The position numbers and the translations under genes were made by a program. A stretch of 64,000 nucleotides of DNA, from positions 1-64,000 of IMG/VR virus record IMGVR_UViG_3300025626_000018; one strand, given 5' to 3'. Below are positions 38,651 to 47,894 of this stretch, piece by piece (within the stretch, counting starts at the first letter, position 1; each line of letters starts with the position of its first letter). The notes under the pieces are model-generated. The model was not told where the DNA came from, did no database searches, and worked only from the letters and a program-made list of their open reading frames with translations. This stretch comes from an uncultured virus (IMG/VR IMGVR_UViG_3300025626_000018). Its lineage: Duplodnaviria > Heunggongvirae > Uroviricota > Caudoviricetes.

Positions 38651-39338
38651 AACCGCAATATTAATTCCAGCTAGATTCCATAGCACCCGATTTCCAGGTA
38701 AACCATTAACAGACCTTGGTGGTATGACAATGGTTATGCGGGTATATGCAGAATGCAAAAAATCTCAGTTAGATACCTATGTTTTAACTGATGATATGAG
38801 AGTCTTTAATATGCTTGGCCCAAGAGCATGCTGGATAGATCAAGAATCAAAATATGAAAACGGTACCGAAAGATGTGCTGGTGCAATTACAAACCAAATG
38901 TTTACTAAGCACATTGGGCATTATGATCAGTTTATTAATGTTCAAGGTGATATGCCAGACGTAACGCAGCATATGATTGAAAAAACTAAATGGCATCTTC
39001 AACATTATAATGTTACTACTATGGCAGCTAAAATGCCAAAAGAGCAACAGGAAGATCCTAATACTGTTAAATTGGTTCGTGCTGGGGATAAAGCTTTATG
39101 GTTTGGCCGCGGCATGACTGGTTATGGTGATTGGCATCTTGGCATTTATGGATACACTCGAAATGCCTTAGGTCTATATAATACATTAACAATTCCACAA
39201 GAAGAACGCGTTGAAAGTTTGGAACAGTTGCGCTGGCTTAAAGCTGGATGGGATATTGGTGTATTATTAACAGAATTTAATGGAATAGAAATCAACACTC
39301 CTCAAGACGCAGAAAGATGGAATAATGAACGACTCTAA
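38643..39338 (+). CDS. kdsB: CMP-KDO synthetase
   Basis: IPARFHSTRFPGKPL, GTERC, NVQGD, HLGIYGY, LEQLR. Confidence 0.92.
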   Translation: MTKTAILIPARFHSTRFPGKPLTDLGGMTMVMRVYAECKKSQLDTYVLTDDMRVFNMLGPRACWIDQESKYENGTERCAGAITNQMFTKHIGHYDQFINVQGDMPDVTQHMIEKTKWHLQHYNVTTMAAKMPKEQQEDPNTVKLVRAGDKALWFGRGMTGYGDWHLGIYGYTRNALGLYNTLTIPQEERVESLEQLRWLKAGWDIGVLLTEFNGIEINTPQDAERWNNERL

Positions 39339-39513
39339 TGTAAAAATTAAAATGCTAGAATTATCTCGCCCCATTGATGAAGCAATTTTAATGTGTGATG
39401 GCCGCGAAGAAATTCTAATGCTAGCATCAATGATGCTTATAAGTCTCAAAGATATTTTTGATTCTCAACTTGGCATCGAGGGCCGAAAAGAAATGTTTAA
39501 GGGAGTATGCTAA
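39325..39513 (+). CDS. Hypothetical protein
   Basis: 62-aa coupled ORF. Confidence 0.6.
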   Translation: MNDSNVKIKMLELSRPIDEAILMCDGREEILMLASMMLISLKDIFDSQLGIEGRKEMFKGVC

Positions 39514-39514
39514 T

Positions 39515-39733
39515 ATGGCTATGACTACTGATTTAGAGCAAAGTATTATGCATTGTTGGCAGGTTTGCGATGATTTGGAAACCATGTATAAACAGATATG
39601 TGACGGTGAGCGTGATCCTACTATTGATGAAATTACAAACGCATTGATGGGTATGCAACAATTGTATCAATGGAAATTTGAACAATTGTTTTTTGCCTTT
39701 GAAAACTCTTTGAAAAAAGTAAAAGAAAGTTAA
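39515..39733 (+). CDS. Hypothetical protein
   Basis: DLEQSIM.CW...DDL; GGGAG RBS. Confidence 0.65.
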   Translation: MAMTTDLEQSIMHCWQVCDDLETMYKQICDGERDPTIDEITNALMGMQQLYQWKFEQLFFAFENSLKKVKES

Positions 39734-39734
39734 T

Positions 39735-39869
39735 ATGATTGAGAAACTAATTTATGGAGCTGGCGCAATTATCTTTATTGTGGGGGTAGGTTTTTACCTA
39801 CAGCACATTTGGAGCGATTGTATGGATGAGAATAGCATATTAACATGTATGAGGATGCTAAACAAATGA
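39735..39869 (+). CDS. Small membrane protein (44 aa)
   Basis: MIEKLIYGAGAIIFIVGVGFYLQHIW..., fills the intergenic gap. Confidence 0.5.
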   Translation: MIEKLIYGAGAIIFIVGVGFYLQHIWSDCMDENSILTCMRMLNK

Positions 39870-40207
39870 TTGCAGGAAAAGTATGGGGTAACACGGAACT
39901 TGTAGAAGCTAATGGTGCGCTAGAGTTTCATCGTATTGAAATGAATAAAGGTGGAGTGTGTTCTAAACATCTTCATGCCTTTAAATGGAATGGTTTTTAT
40001 GTTGAATCTGGACGTATGCTTATTCGTGTATGGCAAAACGATTATGATTTAGTAGATGAAACTATTCTTGAAGCAGGAATGTACACCAAAGTTAAGCCCG
40101 GTGTATATCATCAATTTGAATGTTTAGAAAGCGGAGTAGCATTTGAATTATATTGGGCAGAATTTTCGCATAATGATATTGTAAGAGAAACGGTAGGACA
40201 CGCGTAA
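39866..40207 (+). CDS. Cupin-fold protein (sugar isomerase-like)
   Basis: KVWG, CSKH.H..K, PGVYHQF. Confidence 0.75.
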   Translation: MIAGKVWGNTELVEANGALEFHRIEMNKGGVCSKHLHAFKWNGFYVESGRMLIRVWQNDYDLVDETILEAGMYTKVKPGVYHQFECLESGVAFELYWAEFSHNDIVRETVGHA

Positions 40208-40365
40208 TGACAAATTGGCTAATGCAAAGACTAACTGAAAGAACCACACTTGATGGTGGGGTTTTAATTGCAACGGGGGTTGCTATGATTTTGGTACCAG
40301 TGGATTTGATTGCTTATGCAGCAATCTTTTATGGTGCCTGGACTATTTGGAAAAAGGAAGATTAA
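40207..40365 (+). CDS. Small membrane protein (52 aa)
   Basis: MTNWLMQRLTERTTLDGGVLIATG...WTIWKKED; TAATG coupling. Confidence 0.6.
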   Translation: MTNWLMQRLTERTTLDGGVLIATGVAMILVPVDLIAYAAIFYGAWTIWKKED

Positions 40366-40605
40366 ATGGTAAATATTAATACTGACGTAAAATTGTCACC
40401 TGGCCTTGAACCGAGCCCCGGCGATATTCAAAATCAATTACCAATTGATTTTCAAGTAGGAGTTGAAGAAACTGATGACGGTGAAATGTATTTAAATTTC
40501 CCGGATGATTTAATGGATGCCCTTAACTTGAAAATTGGTGATACTATTATTTGGACCGATAATAATGACGGTTCATGGCTACTTACGCCTTTGCGTAAAA
40601 AATAA
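40366..40605 (+). CDS. AbrB/SpoVT-like DNA-binding protein
   Basis: L.FPDDLMDALNLKIGDTI.W..NNDGS.LL. Confidence 0.65.
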   Translation: MVNINTDVKLSPGLEPSPGDIQNQLPIDFQVGVEETDDGEMYLNFPDDLMDALNLKIGDTIIWTDNNDGSWLLTPLRKK

Positions 40606-40622
40606 AAAAAACGAGGATACGC

Positions 40623-41072
40623 ATGATTGTTGGATTAACAGCATCTACATTTGATCTATTGCATAGTGGCCATATTGCCATGTTAAGAGAAGCAAAAGAA
40701 AATTGTGATTATTTAATTTGTGCTTTACAGGTTGATCCTGCAGTAGACCGCGCAGAAAAAAATTCGCCTATTCAATCAATAGTTGAACGATATTCTCAGC
40801 TAAATGCTGTAAAATATGTTGATGAAGTTATTGTATATTGTACTGAAAGTGATTTAATAGATATTATTAATATGTATCCAATCAATGTGCGTATCCTCGG
40901 CGATGAATATAAAAATAAAGATTTTACTGGTAAGGATGAATGCCGGCGCAGAAATATTAGTTTATACTTTAATAAGCGCGATCATAGGTTTTCGTCTTCG
41001 GGATTAAGGCGCCGTGTTTTACATGCAGAACTTGAAAAACACGATAGTTCAAATGGGTTAAAAAATGAGTAA
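40623..41072 (+). CDS. Glycerol-3-phosphate cytidylyltransferase-like protein
   Basis: STFDLLHSGH, YVDEV, R.H.FSSS.LR. Confidence 0.85.
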   Translation: MIVGLTASTFDLLHSGHIAMLREAKENCDYLICALQVDPAVDRAEKNSPIQSIVERYSQLNAVKYVDEVIVYCTESDLIDIINMYPINVRILGDEYKNKDFTGKDECRRRNISLYFNKRDHRFSSSGLRRRVLHAELEKHDSSNGLKNE

Positions 41073-41277
41073 GATTCAAGAAAAAATAAATGGTATCATG
41101 GATGAAATACAAATGCTTATGGAAAGCCATCCTAACGCACACCTTGAACCAGATAGTAAGATTCACGAGCTAATGATGCAAGCAGGCATATACTTTGCCC
41201 AAATGGATGATGAAAACCGAGATTATTATCAATTTGTTTCAATGGCTATCGAAGATAAATTAGAATGGAACGTATAG
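41065..41277 (+). CDS. Hypothetical protein
   Basis: 70-aa coupled ORF. Confidence 0.6.
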   Translation: MSKIQEKINGIMDEIQMLMESHPNAHLEPDSKIHELMMQAGIYFAQMDDENRDYYQFVSMAIEDKLEWNV

Positions 41278-41328
41278 GTAATAAGTATATGTTTAATTAT
41301 AAACAATATTTAATTTTAGAGGCTATAA

Positions 41329-41472
41329 ATGAATAATTTTAATGGATTATTTTTATCATTTGTGTTAATTACCATTATAATGATAGGATTACCTATTCTT
41401 GGATCGGCTATTGCTTATCCGGATAATTGCAAACAATCACTTCTTATTCCTTGTCTGTGGTATAATGGGTAG
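41329..41472 (+). CDS. Small membrane protein (47 aa)
   Basis: AGAGG RBS; hydrophobic N-terminus. Confidence 0.45.
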   Translation: MNNFNGLFLSFVLITIIMIGLPILGSAIAYPDNCKQSLLIPCLWYNG

Positions 41473-41497
41473 ATTTAAATCTAGCAAGGATATATAA

Positions 41498-41941
41498 ATG
41501 AGTGAAAATTGGAATCTTCGTTATTTAAAATTGGCTAAAGAAATTAGCACTTGGTCAAAGGACCCGGCGCGCCAAATTGGCGCGGTTGCTATTGGTGATA
41601 AGGGTCAAGTATTAGCGCAAGGTTATAATGGATTTCCTCGAGGAATATATGATGGTGCAATTCGTTATAATGATAAAGCTGTCAAGCACCAATATGTTGT
41701 CCATGCAGAACAGAATGTAATATATAATGCTACATATAATGGAGTATCATTAGATGGCGCTACTCTTTATGTTTGGGGATTACCTGTTTGTAACGAATGT
41801 GCCAAGGGGATTATTCAAGTTGGAATTAAAAAAGTGATTATGCCTGCTATGGATTATCCAGATAAATGGCTAGATGTATTTGACCGCACTAGCGCTATGT
41901 TTGGTGAGGTTGGCCTTAAATATGAATTTATAGAGATTTAA
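41498..41941 (+). CDS. cd: dCMP deaminase
   Basis: GYNG.P, HAEQN, PVC.EC. Confidence 0.92.
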   Translation: MSENWNLRYLKLAKEISTWSKDPARQIGAVAIGDKGQVLAQGYNGFPRGIYDGAIRYNDKAVKHQYVVHAEQNVIYNATYNGVSLDGATLYVWGLPVCNECAKGIIQVGIKKVIMPAMDYPDKWLDVFDRTSAMFGEVGLKYEFIEI

Positions 41942-41944
41942 AAA

Positions 41945-42721
41945 ATGGCCACTCGTATGTTAAAAAATTGGAATAACTATTATTCTTCCGCCTTAAAAAT
42001 TATGACAGATCGGAGCATAAATGTAGATACTTCTCATAGATGTTTACTCCAATGCCCATATTGCACTCGACAAAATTCTGTTGGTAAAGCTGTTGTTAAA
42101 CAATATCAAGTTGAATATGGTGATCTTAGAATAAATGATGCTATAAAAATGGCACAAACATGGCCAAGACTTTCTTTTTGTGGACAAATATCCGATCCAG
42201 TGTATCACCCTAAAATGCATGATTTAATGCGTGCACTTAATACTGTTGATAATCTTAAATTTATTGAATTTCATACAACTGGCCATGGGAAAAAAACTGT
42301 ATGGTGGGAAGAATTGGTTGATATTACTAATTCTGGTAATTATTTTATGCAATGGATTTTCGGTATAGATGGTATAAATCAAAAAACTAGTTTGCATCGA
42401 GTAAATCAATCTTTTGATTCTGCTTTCAATGCTATGAAATATGTTGCGCAAAACGTAAAAGATCACGGAGAGGTTATTTGGCAATACATTGTATTTGAAT
42501 ATAATGAAAAAGATATACCCACCGCTATCCAAATGGCAAATGATTATGGAATAAAATTTCAATTATTAACATCATCTAGATTTGGCGCGCCAGGCCGAAA
42601 TGACAGTCCGCTTCAACCCCCTACAGCGCCTGCATTAAAAAACTTCAGTGGGTTTTCAAAAAAACTATATATTAATAGTGTAGACGAATATAATGAGATT
42701 TTAAATGAAATTAGAGATTAG
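41945..42721 (+). CDS. Radical SAM protein
   Basis: CLLQCPYC, G..SDP, FGIDG, WQYIVF.YNE. Confidence 0.85.
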   Translation: MATRMLKNWNNYYSSALKIMTDRSINVDTSHRCLLQCPYCTRQNSVGKAVVKQYQVEYGDLRINDAIKMAQTWPRLSFCGQISDPVYHPKMHDLMRALNTVDNLKFIEFHTTGHGKKTVWWEELVDITNSGNYFMQWIFGIDGINQKTSLHRVNQSFDSAFNAMKYVAQNVKDHGEVIWQYIVFEYNEKDIPTAIQMANDYGIKFQLLTSSRFGAPGRNDSPLQPPTAPALKNFSGFSKKLYINSVDEYNEILNEIRD

Positions 42722-43070
42722 ACCTAAATGTTTTCCATTTGATAAAGATGGAAATAATGTTCGCAATACAATGAGTAATTGTATTGCTTTTACTGCTTCA
42801 GGAAATTATTTACCTTGTTGCTGGATGGACACATTTGATTGCAAAAGAGATAATGTCCATAATTTATTTGATGAAGAATTAAATGTAAAATCTGGTAAAA
42901 CCCCCCTTGAAATTATATCTTCTCCTCAGTGGAATAACTTCTATAAACTTTTATTTGAAGATCCTGATGCGGCATGTAATAAATGTAAAATGGCATGCGG
43001 TCATGTTATACATGATGACGGTAGTGAAGAATTATATTTTAAAGTAGCTGGGCGGCGAGTAACATTTTAA
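42705..43070 (+). CDS. Cys-rich SPASM/twitch-like protein
   Basis: G.YLPCCW and C..C...C; overlaps the radical SAM gene. Confidence 0.65.
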   Translation: MKLEIRPKCFPFDKDGNNVRNTMSNCIAFTASGNYLPCCWMDTFDCKRDNVHNLFDEELNVKSGKTPLEIISSPQWNNFYKLLFEDPDAACNKCKMACGHVIHDDGSEELYFKVAGRRVTF

Positions 43071-43129
43071 ACATGTACAAAATACAATTATTGTGTTATA
43101 ATAATATTATAATTAAAAGGATACACTGA

Positions 43130-44086
43130 ATGACTAAAATAGCAATTACTGGAGGAGCTGGTTTCATTGGCTTTCACTTGGCGCAATCATTACATAGCAA
43201 TGGCTTTGAAGTATGTGGCTTTGATAATTTTAATGACTACTATGATCCGGCATTAAAGACCGCCCGAACTGTGAAGCTATACAAAGATTTTGGTATTAAA
43301 ATTGATGTAGCTGATTTAACATGGAAACCCGACCTAGAAGATTTTATGAAGGAACATAAACCAGATGTGGTGGTTCACCTTGGGGGTTATGCTGGTGTGC
43401 GTCATTCAATGACAGATCCTCAATTGTATATTGATAATAATATTACTGGTACTCAAAATCTTATTAGTGTATGTGAAGATAACGGCATTGAGAATGTTGT
43501 ATACGCATCAACATCATGCACTATGGTTGGAAACCCATTACCATGGAAAGAAGACGAAAAAACTGGCTATCAGCTAAATCCATACGGGTTTAGTAAATCT
43601 ACAAATGAATCCCAGTTTATGGCAAGTGCTATTACCAATACTATTGGTTTGCGTTTCTTTACGGTGTATGGTCCATGGGGGCGTCCTGACATGGCGCTAT
43701 TTGATTTTACAAAAAATATTATCGATGAAAAACCAATCGAATTATTTAATTATGGCGATATGATTCGTGATTTTACCTATGTAGATGATATTGTTCAGGG
43801 TATTGAAATTGTTATTAATGAAACATTAACTAAGACTGATATTAGAGAGATATATAATATTGGATATGGTGATCAGGTTAAGCTTGCGGATTTTGTAGAA
43901 GCTATTGAATACAATCTTGATCGCACTGCTATTAAAGAATTAGTGCCAATGCATCCTGCGGATAGCCAAGCAACCTGGAGTGATACCACTAAACTTCAAA
44001 AACTAGGCTATAAACCAACTACACCGATGAGTGTTGGCGTTGCAAACTTTATTACATGGTACAAAGAATTTTATGGTGTTAACTAA
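43130..44086 (+). CDS. NAD-dependent epimerase (UDP-glucuronate 4-epimerase-like)
   Basis: TGGAGFIG, YGFSK, LRFFTVYGPWGRPDMA, RDFTYVDD. Confidence 0.9.
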   Translation: MTKIAITGGAGFIGFHLAQSLHSNGFEVCGFDNFNDYYDPALKTARTVKLYKDFGIKIDVADLTWKPDLEDFMKEHKPDVVVHLGGYAGVRHSMTDPQLYIDNNITGTQNLISVCEDNGIENVVYASTSCTMVGNPLPWKEDEKTGYQLNPYGFSKSTNESQFMASAITNTIGLRFFTVYGPWGRPDMALFDFTKNIIDEKPIELFNYGDMIRDFTYVDDIVQGIEIVINETLTKTDIREIYNIGYGDQVKLADFVEAIEYNLDRTAIKELVPMHPADSQATWSDTTKLQKLGYKPTTPMSVGVANFITWYKEFYGVN

Positions 44087-44757
44087 TGCCTATTACACAT
44101 TATGATCATGGAATAATTTTACCAAAGCTTACTCGCAAAACAACTGAAAAGGGGCGGCGGTATTTTACTCCAGAAGGTAATACTTATCCTTCAATTACTA
44201 CTGTATTAAGTGAACTTAGCAAAGATAGTATTAAAGCATGGCGCAAAAGAGTTGGCGAAGAAGAAGCTAATAAAATTTCTGCCCGAGCATCAAAGCGGGG
44301 CACAAAAGTTCATCAAATATGTGAAGATTATTTGAATAATAATGAAGATTATTTAAAGGGTGTCTTGCCGAATAATGTAGCGTCTTTTAATGACATTAAA
44401 CCTATCATTGATGCAAATATTAATAATGTTTGGTTTCAAGAAGAATTTCTATATTCTGATCATTTTAAATGCGCAGGTCAAGTTGATTGTATTGGCGAAT
44501 GGGCCGGAGAACTTTCTATTATTGATTTTAAAACATCAAGAAAACCCAAAAAAGAAGAATGGATTCAAAACTATTTTATGCAATGTGCATTTTATGCCGC
44601 GGCATTTTTCGAAAGAACTGGAATTCCGATTAAACAAAGCGTTGTTCTTATTACGGTAGATGGCGATGCCCCTCAAACTTTTATAACCAAACCGCATGAT
44701 TATTTAAAAGATTTAATTAAAGCAAGAAAGCATTATAAATCTATTTACAATGTTTAA
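44086..44757 (+). CDS. PD-(D/E)xK exonuclease (Cas4/RecB-like)
   Basis: YPSITTVL, RGT.VH, G.VD, IIDFKTS, Q...YA. Confidence 0.85.
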   Translation: MPITHYDHGIILPKLTRKTTEKGRRYFTPEGNTYPSITTVLSELSKDSIKAWRKRVGEEEANKISARASKRGTKVHQICEDYLNNNEDYLKGVLPNNVASFNDIKPIIDANINNVWFQEEFLYSDHFKCAGQVDCIGEWAGELSIIDFKTSRKPKKEEWIQNYFMQCAFYAAAFFERTGIPIKQSVVLITVDGDAPQTFITKPHDYLKDLIKARKHYKSIYNV

Positions 44758-44797
44758 AAAATAGTATATAATAATACTAATTAAAGGAGAATGCATT

Positions 44798-45619
44798 ATG
44801 AATAAGATTGCTATCGTAGGGCATGGGTTTGTTGGTAAAGCTATTGAATATGGGTTTGTTAATACTCCGAAATTTATTGTTGATCCTATTCATGGCAATA
44901 CTATTGAGGATCTTCGAGAGGGTGACTTTGATCTAATATTTGTTGCTGTTCCAACTCCAATGGGAAAAGATGGAGCAATTGATGGAAGTATTGTTGAAGA
45001 AACAGTCAATTGGCTAAAAGATAACGCTACAGGCCTTATTGTGATTAAGTCAACAGTTACACCAGATATTATTGAAAAACTTCAAAAAGATTCAATTAAT
45101 GTAATTTATAATCCAGAATTCCTCACAGAGAAAAATGCTAATGAAGATTTTGTTAATCCTCCAATGCATATTTTTGGGGGTAATAAAGAACAAACTTTGC
45201 AACTCGAAGAGCTATATAATAAACTAAGTAATTGCAAACCTTGCCCAAGTTTCCATATGACTGGAGTAGAAGCTAGCTTTGTGAAATATGGGATAAATTG
45301 TTTTTTAGCATCTAAGGTATTATGGTTTAATCAATTCTATGATGTTGTAAATGGCTCTAACGCCGATTTTTCAACTATTATTTCTGCTATTGGAAGTGAT
45401 ATGCGTATTAATAGCTCACATACATTAGTTCCGGGATTTGATAATAAGCGTGGATTTGGTGGTGCATGTTTTCCAAAAGATACAGCAGCATTTGCAGCAT
45501 TTGCATCGCAAACAAGTGAATTTCCAATACTTGAAAATATTATTGAAGCCAATAATAATTATAGACGAAATTATTTAAAAAATGATCGCGAATTAGAACA
45601 AAATGTAAATTATAATTAG
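44798..45619 (+). CDS. UDP-glucose/GDP-mannose dehydrogenase family protein
   Basis: GHGFVG, VPTP, KSTV.P, NPEFL, GFGGACFPKD. Confidence 0.9.
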   Translation: MNKIAIVGHGFVGKAIEYGFVNTPKFIVDPIHGNTIEDLREGDFDLIFVAVPTPMGKDGAIDGSIVEETVNWLKDNATGLIVIKSTVTPDIIEKLQKDSINVIYNPEFLTEKNANEDFVNPPMHIFGGNKEQTLQLEELYNKLSNCKPCPSFHMTGVEASFVKYGINCFLASKVLWFNQFYDVVNGSNADFSTIISAIGSDMRINSSHTLVPGFDNKRGFGGACFPKDTAAFAAFASQTSEFPILENIIEANNNYRRNYLKNDRELEQNVNYN

Positions 45620-45648
45620 TTTACATTGTACCTCTCACATGATATAAT
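45619..45648 (+). promoter_or_regulatory. Early-type promoter
   Basis: GTTTACA-17-TATAAT. Confidence 0.7.
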
Positions 45649-45685
45649 AAACGTAATCAAATATTTTTAGGAGTACTATATTTAA

Positions 45686-46732
45686 ATGAGTATTATGGAT
45701 AAGCTAAAAAAGAACTCAAAACTTAAAGCAACCGAAGTGTTGTCAGAATCGAGTTTTTTTAATAATAAAGAGATGGTATCAACATCAGTACCAATGGTAA
45801 ATGTTGCATTATCTGGTTCTGTGGATGGCGGGCTATCCCCGGGGCTTCTTGTACTTGCCGGACCATCTAAACACTTTAAAACATCTTTTGCGTTGCTTAT
45901 GGCCGGCGCTTATATGGAAAAACACAAAGATGCAGTAATGTTGTTTTATGATTCAGAGTTTGGTTCACCACAGACATATTTTGAACAATTCAATATTGAT
46001 ACAAACCGAGTTTTGCATACACCTATTACTAATGTTGAAGAACTAAAATTTGATCTTATTTCACAGCTCGAAGGCATGGATCGTAAAGATAATGTTATTG
46101 TTGTTATTGATTCAATTGGTAACCTTGCTTCAAAGAAAGAAATAGAAGATACTCAGAATGAAAAATCTGTTGCAGATATGTCGCGCGCCAAACAACTAAA
46201 AAGTTTGTTTCGTATGTGTACCCCATATCTAGCTATGAAAGATATTTCAATGTTGGCTGTTAATCACACATATCAAGAGATTGGATTATTTCCAAAGGCT
46301 ATTGTTTCGGGTGGTACGGGAATTTACTATTCAGCAAATGATATTTGGATCCTTGGGCGCCGGCAGAATAAAACTGGTACAGAAGTTACTGGATATGATT
46401 TTGTTATTAATATTGAAAAGTCTCGTTCTGTCAAAGAAAAATCCAAAATTCCTATCTCGGTATCATGGGAGGGTGGCGTTGAACCTTATTCTGGATTGTT
46501 AGAAGTTGCTATTGCTGGCGGATATGCACGTAAGCCATCTAATGGCTGGTACGAAGGGGTTAATCCAGCTGATGGAGAAGTTCTTACTAATAAAGCCCGT
46601 GCTGCTGATACATTACAAGAGCCTTTCTGGACACGTATTATGGCAGAAACAGACTTTAAAGAGTTTATTAAAAAGCAATTTACTATCGGCCATAAAGATG
46701 TAGTTTCTATGGATGAAATTGTAGGTGAATAA
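45686..46732 (+). CDS. uvsX: RecA-like recombinase UvsX
   Basis: AGPSKHFKT, YDSEFG, DSIGNLAS, DMSRAK, SGGTG. Confidence 0.95.
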   Translation: MSIMDKLKKNSKLKATEVLSESSFFNNKEMVSTSVPMVNVALSGSVDGGLSPGLLVLAGPSKHFKTSFALLMAGAYMEKHKDAVMLFYDSEFGSPQTYFEQFNIDTNRVLHTPITNVEELKFDLISQLEGMDRKDNVIVVIDSIGNLASKKEIEDTQNEKSVADMSRAKQLKSLFRMCTPYLAMKDISMLAVNHTYQEIGLFPKAIVSGGTGIYYSANDIWILGRRQNKTGTEVTGYDFVINIEKSRSVKEKSKIPISVSWEGGVEPYSGLLEVAIAGGYARKPSNGWYEGVNPADGEVLTNKARAADTLQEPFWTRIMAETDFKEFIKKQFTIGHKDVVSMDEIVGE

Positions 46733-47031
46733 TGAAATACGAAGAAAAAATTGATTACGAACTAATTCCAGACACTAGTGATAAACATTGGTTGATACGT
46801 ATTTTACGGGGGGATTATATTGAAACTGTTTTGCGATTTGGTAAAGTTCGAATAGATGATACTACCCCTGATAAAGATCCCAAATTACAATTTGAATATA
46901 GTATTGTAAGCAGCCCAATAGATGGATTAAAAGAAGGTCCTGATTTTAATATTGTTGCGGGTGATATCTTAGTTTCAGTTATTGAGCAGGCAATTATAAA
47001 TGATGAAGCTCTTATAGAAGATGTAAATTAA
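46732..47031 (+). CDS. Head vertex assembly chaperone gp40-like
   Basis: Position between uvsX and gp41; 99 aa. Confidence 0.55.
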   Translation: MKYEEKIDYELIPDTSDKHWLIRILRGDYIETVLRFGKVRIDDTTPDKDPKLQFEYSIVSSPIDGLKEGPDFNIVAGDILVSVIEQAIINDEALIEDVN

Positions 47032-47041
47032 AGGTATAAGA

Positions 47042-47485
47042 ATGAAAATTTTAATTATGGGTTTACCCGGATCTGGTAAAACATGGCTAGCCGAAAGATT
47101 GCAGAAGCGATTGAATTGTGCCTGGTTTAATGCCGATGAAATTCGCAAAATGGCTAATGATTGGGAATTTAGTGAAGCTGCCCGTTTGCGGCAAGCATAT
47201 CGAATGAAAAATATTGCTGATTATGAAGTTAATACTGACCGAATTGTTATTTGCGATTTTGTATGTCCATTGGAAATTACTCGGGATATATTTAATGCCG
47301 ATTATACGGTATGGATGGATACTATTGCTAAAGGTCGATTTAGTGATACTAATAAATTATTTCAAAATCCAAAAGCAGCTGAAGTAAATTATCACGTTTC
47401 GGCTTGGTTTGATGATACAGACGAAACATTGGTTGATGCTATTCATAGGCATATTAATTTAACCGGAGAAGTAAAAAATGTTTGA
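47042..47485 (+). CDS. cysC: Adenylylsulfate (APS) kinase-like protein
   Basis: GLPGSGKT, NADE.R, FS...R, DFVCP. Confidence 0.75.
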   Translation: MKILIMGLPGSGKTWLAERLQKRLNCAWFNADEIRKMANDWEFSEAARLRQAYRMKNIADYEVNTDRIVICDFVCPLEITRDIFNADYTVWMDTIAKGRFSDTNKLFQNPKAAEVNYHVSAWFDDTDETLVDAIHRHINLTGEVKNV

Positions 47486-47891
47486 TTGGAAAAAACCGAC
47501 AGCACAGATGCTTGGTCGTTGGCAACCATGGCATGATGGCCACACAGCACTATTTAAGAAAGCATTTGCTGAAACTGGTCAAGTTATTATTATGGTACGT
47601 GACGTTGAAGGCATTATCGGTGAGGATGCTGGAGGTGGGCGCACCGCTGCTCAAGATGATAATCCATTTTATTATGATTATGTTTGTGATGCTATTGAGG
47701 ATGGATTGCACAATGCAGGGTTTACAAAGGGTACAGAATATGTTATTATGAAAGTACCAAACATTGTAGACATTAGCTATGGTCGAGGTGTTGGTTATAC
47801 TTTTACTGAACACGACTTAGGCGAAGCAATACATAATATTTCTGCAACCAAAATCCGCGCTAAAATGCGCGAAGAAGGAAATCTACAATAA
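47478..47891 (+). CDS. HxGH nucleotidyltransferase (cytidyltransferase-like)
   Basis: GRWQPWHDGH, ISATKIR. Confidence 0.8.
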   Translation: MFDWKKPTAQMLGRWQPWHDGHTALFKKAFAETGQVIIMVRDVEGIIGEDAGGGRTAAQDDNPFYYDYVCDAIEDGLHNAGFTKGTEYVIMKVPNIVDISYGRGVGYTFTEHDLGEAIHNISATKIRAKMREEGNLQ

Positions 47892-47894
47892 TTC

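Noticed and set aside
44086..44757. Cas4 implying a CRISPR-Cas system
   Set aside because: Stand-alone PD-(D/E)xK exonuclease common in T4-like phages; no array or other cas genes
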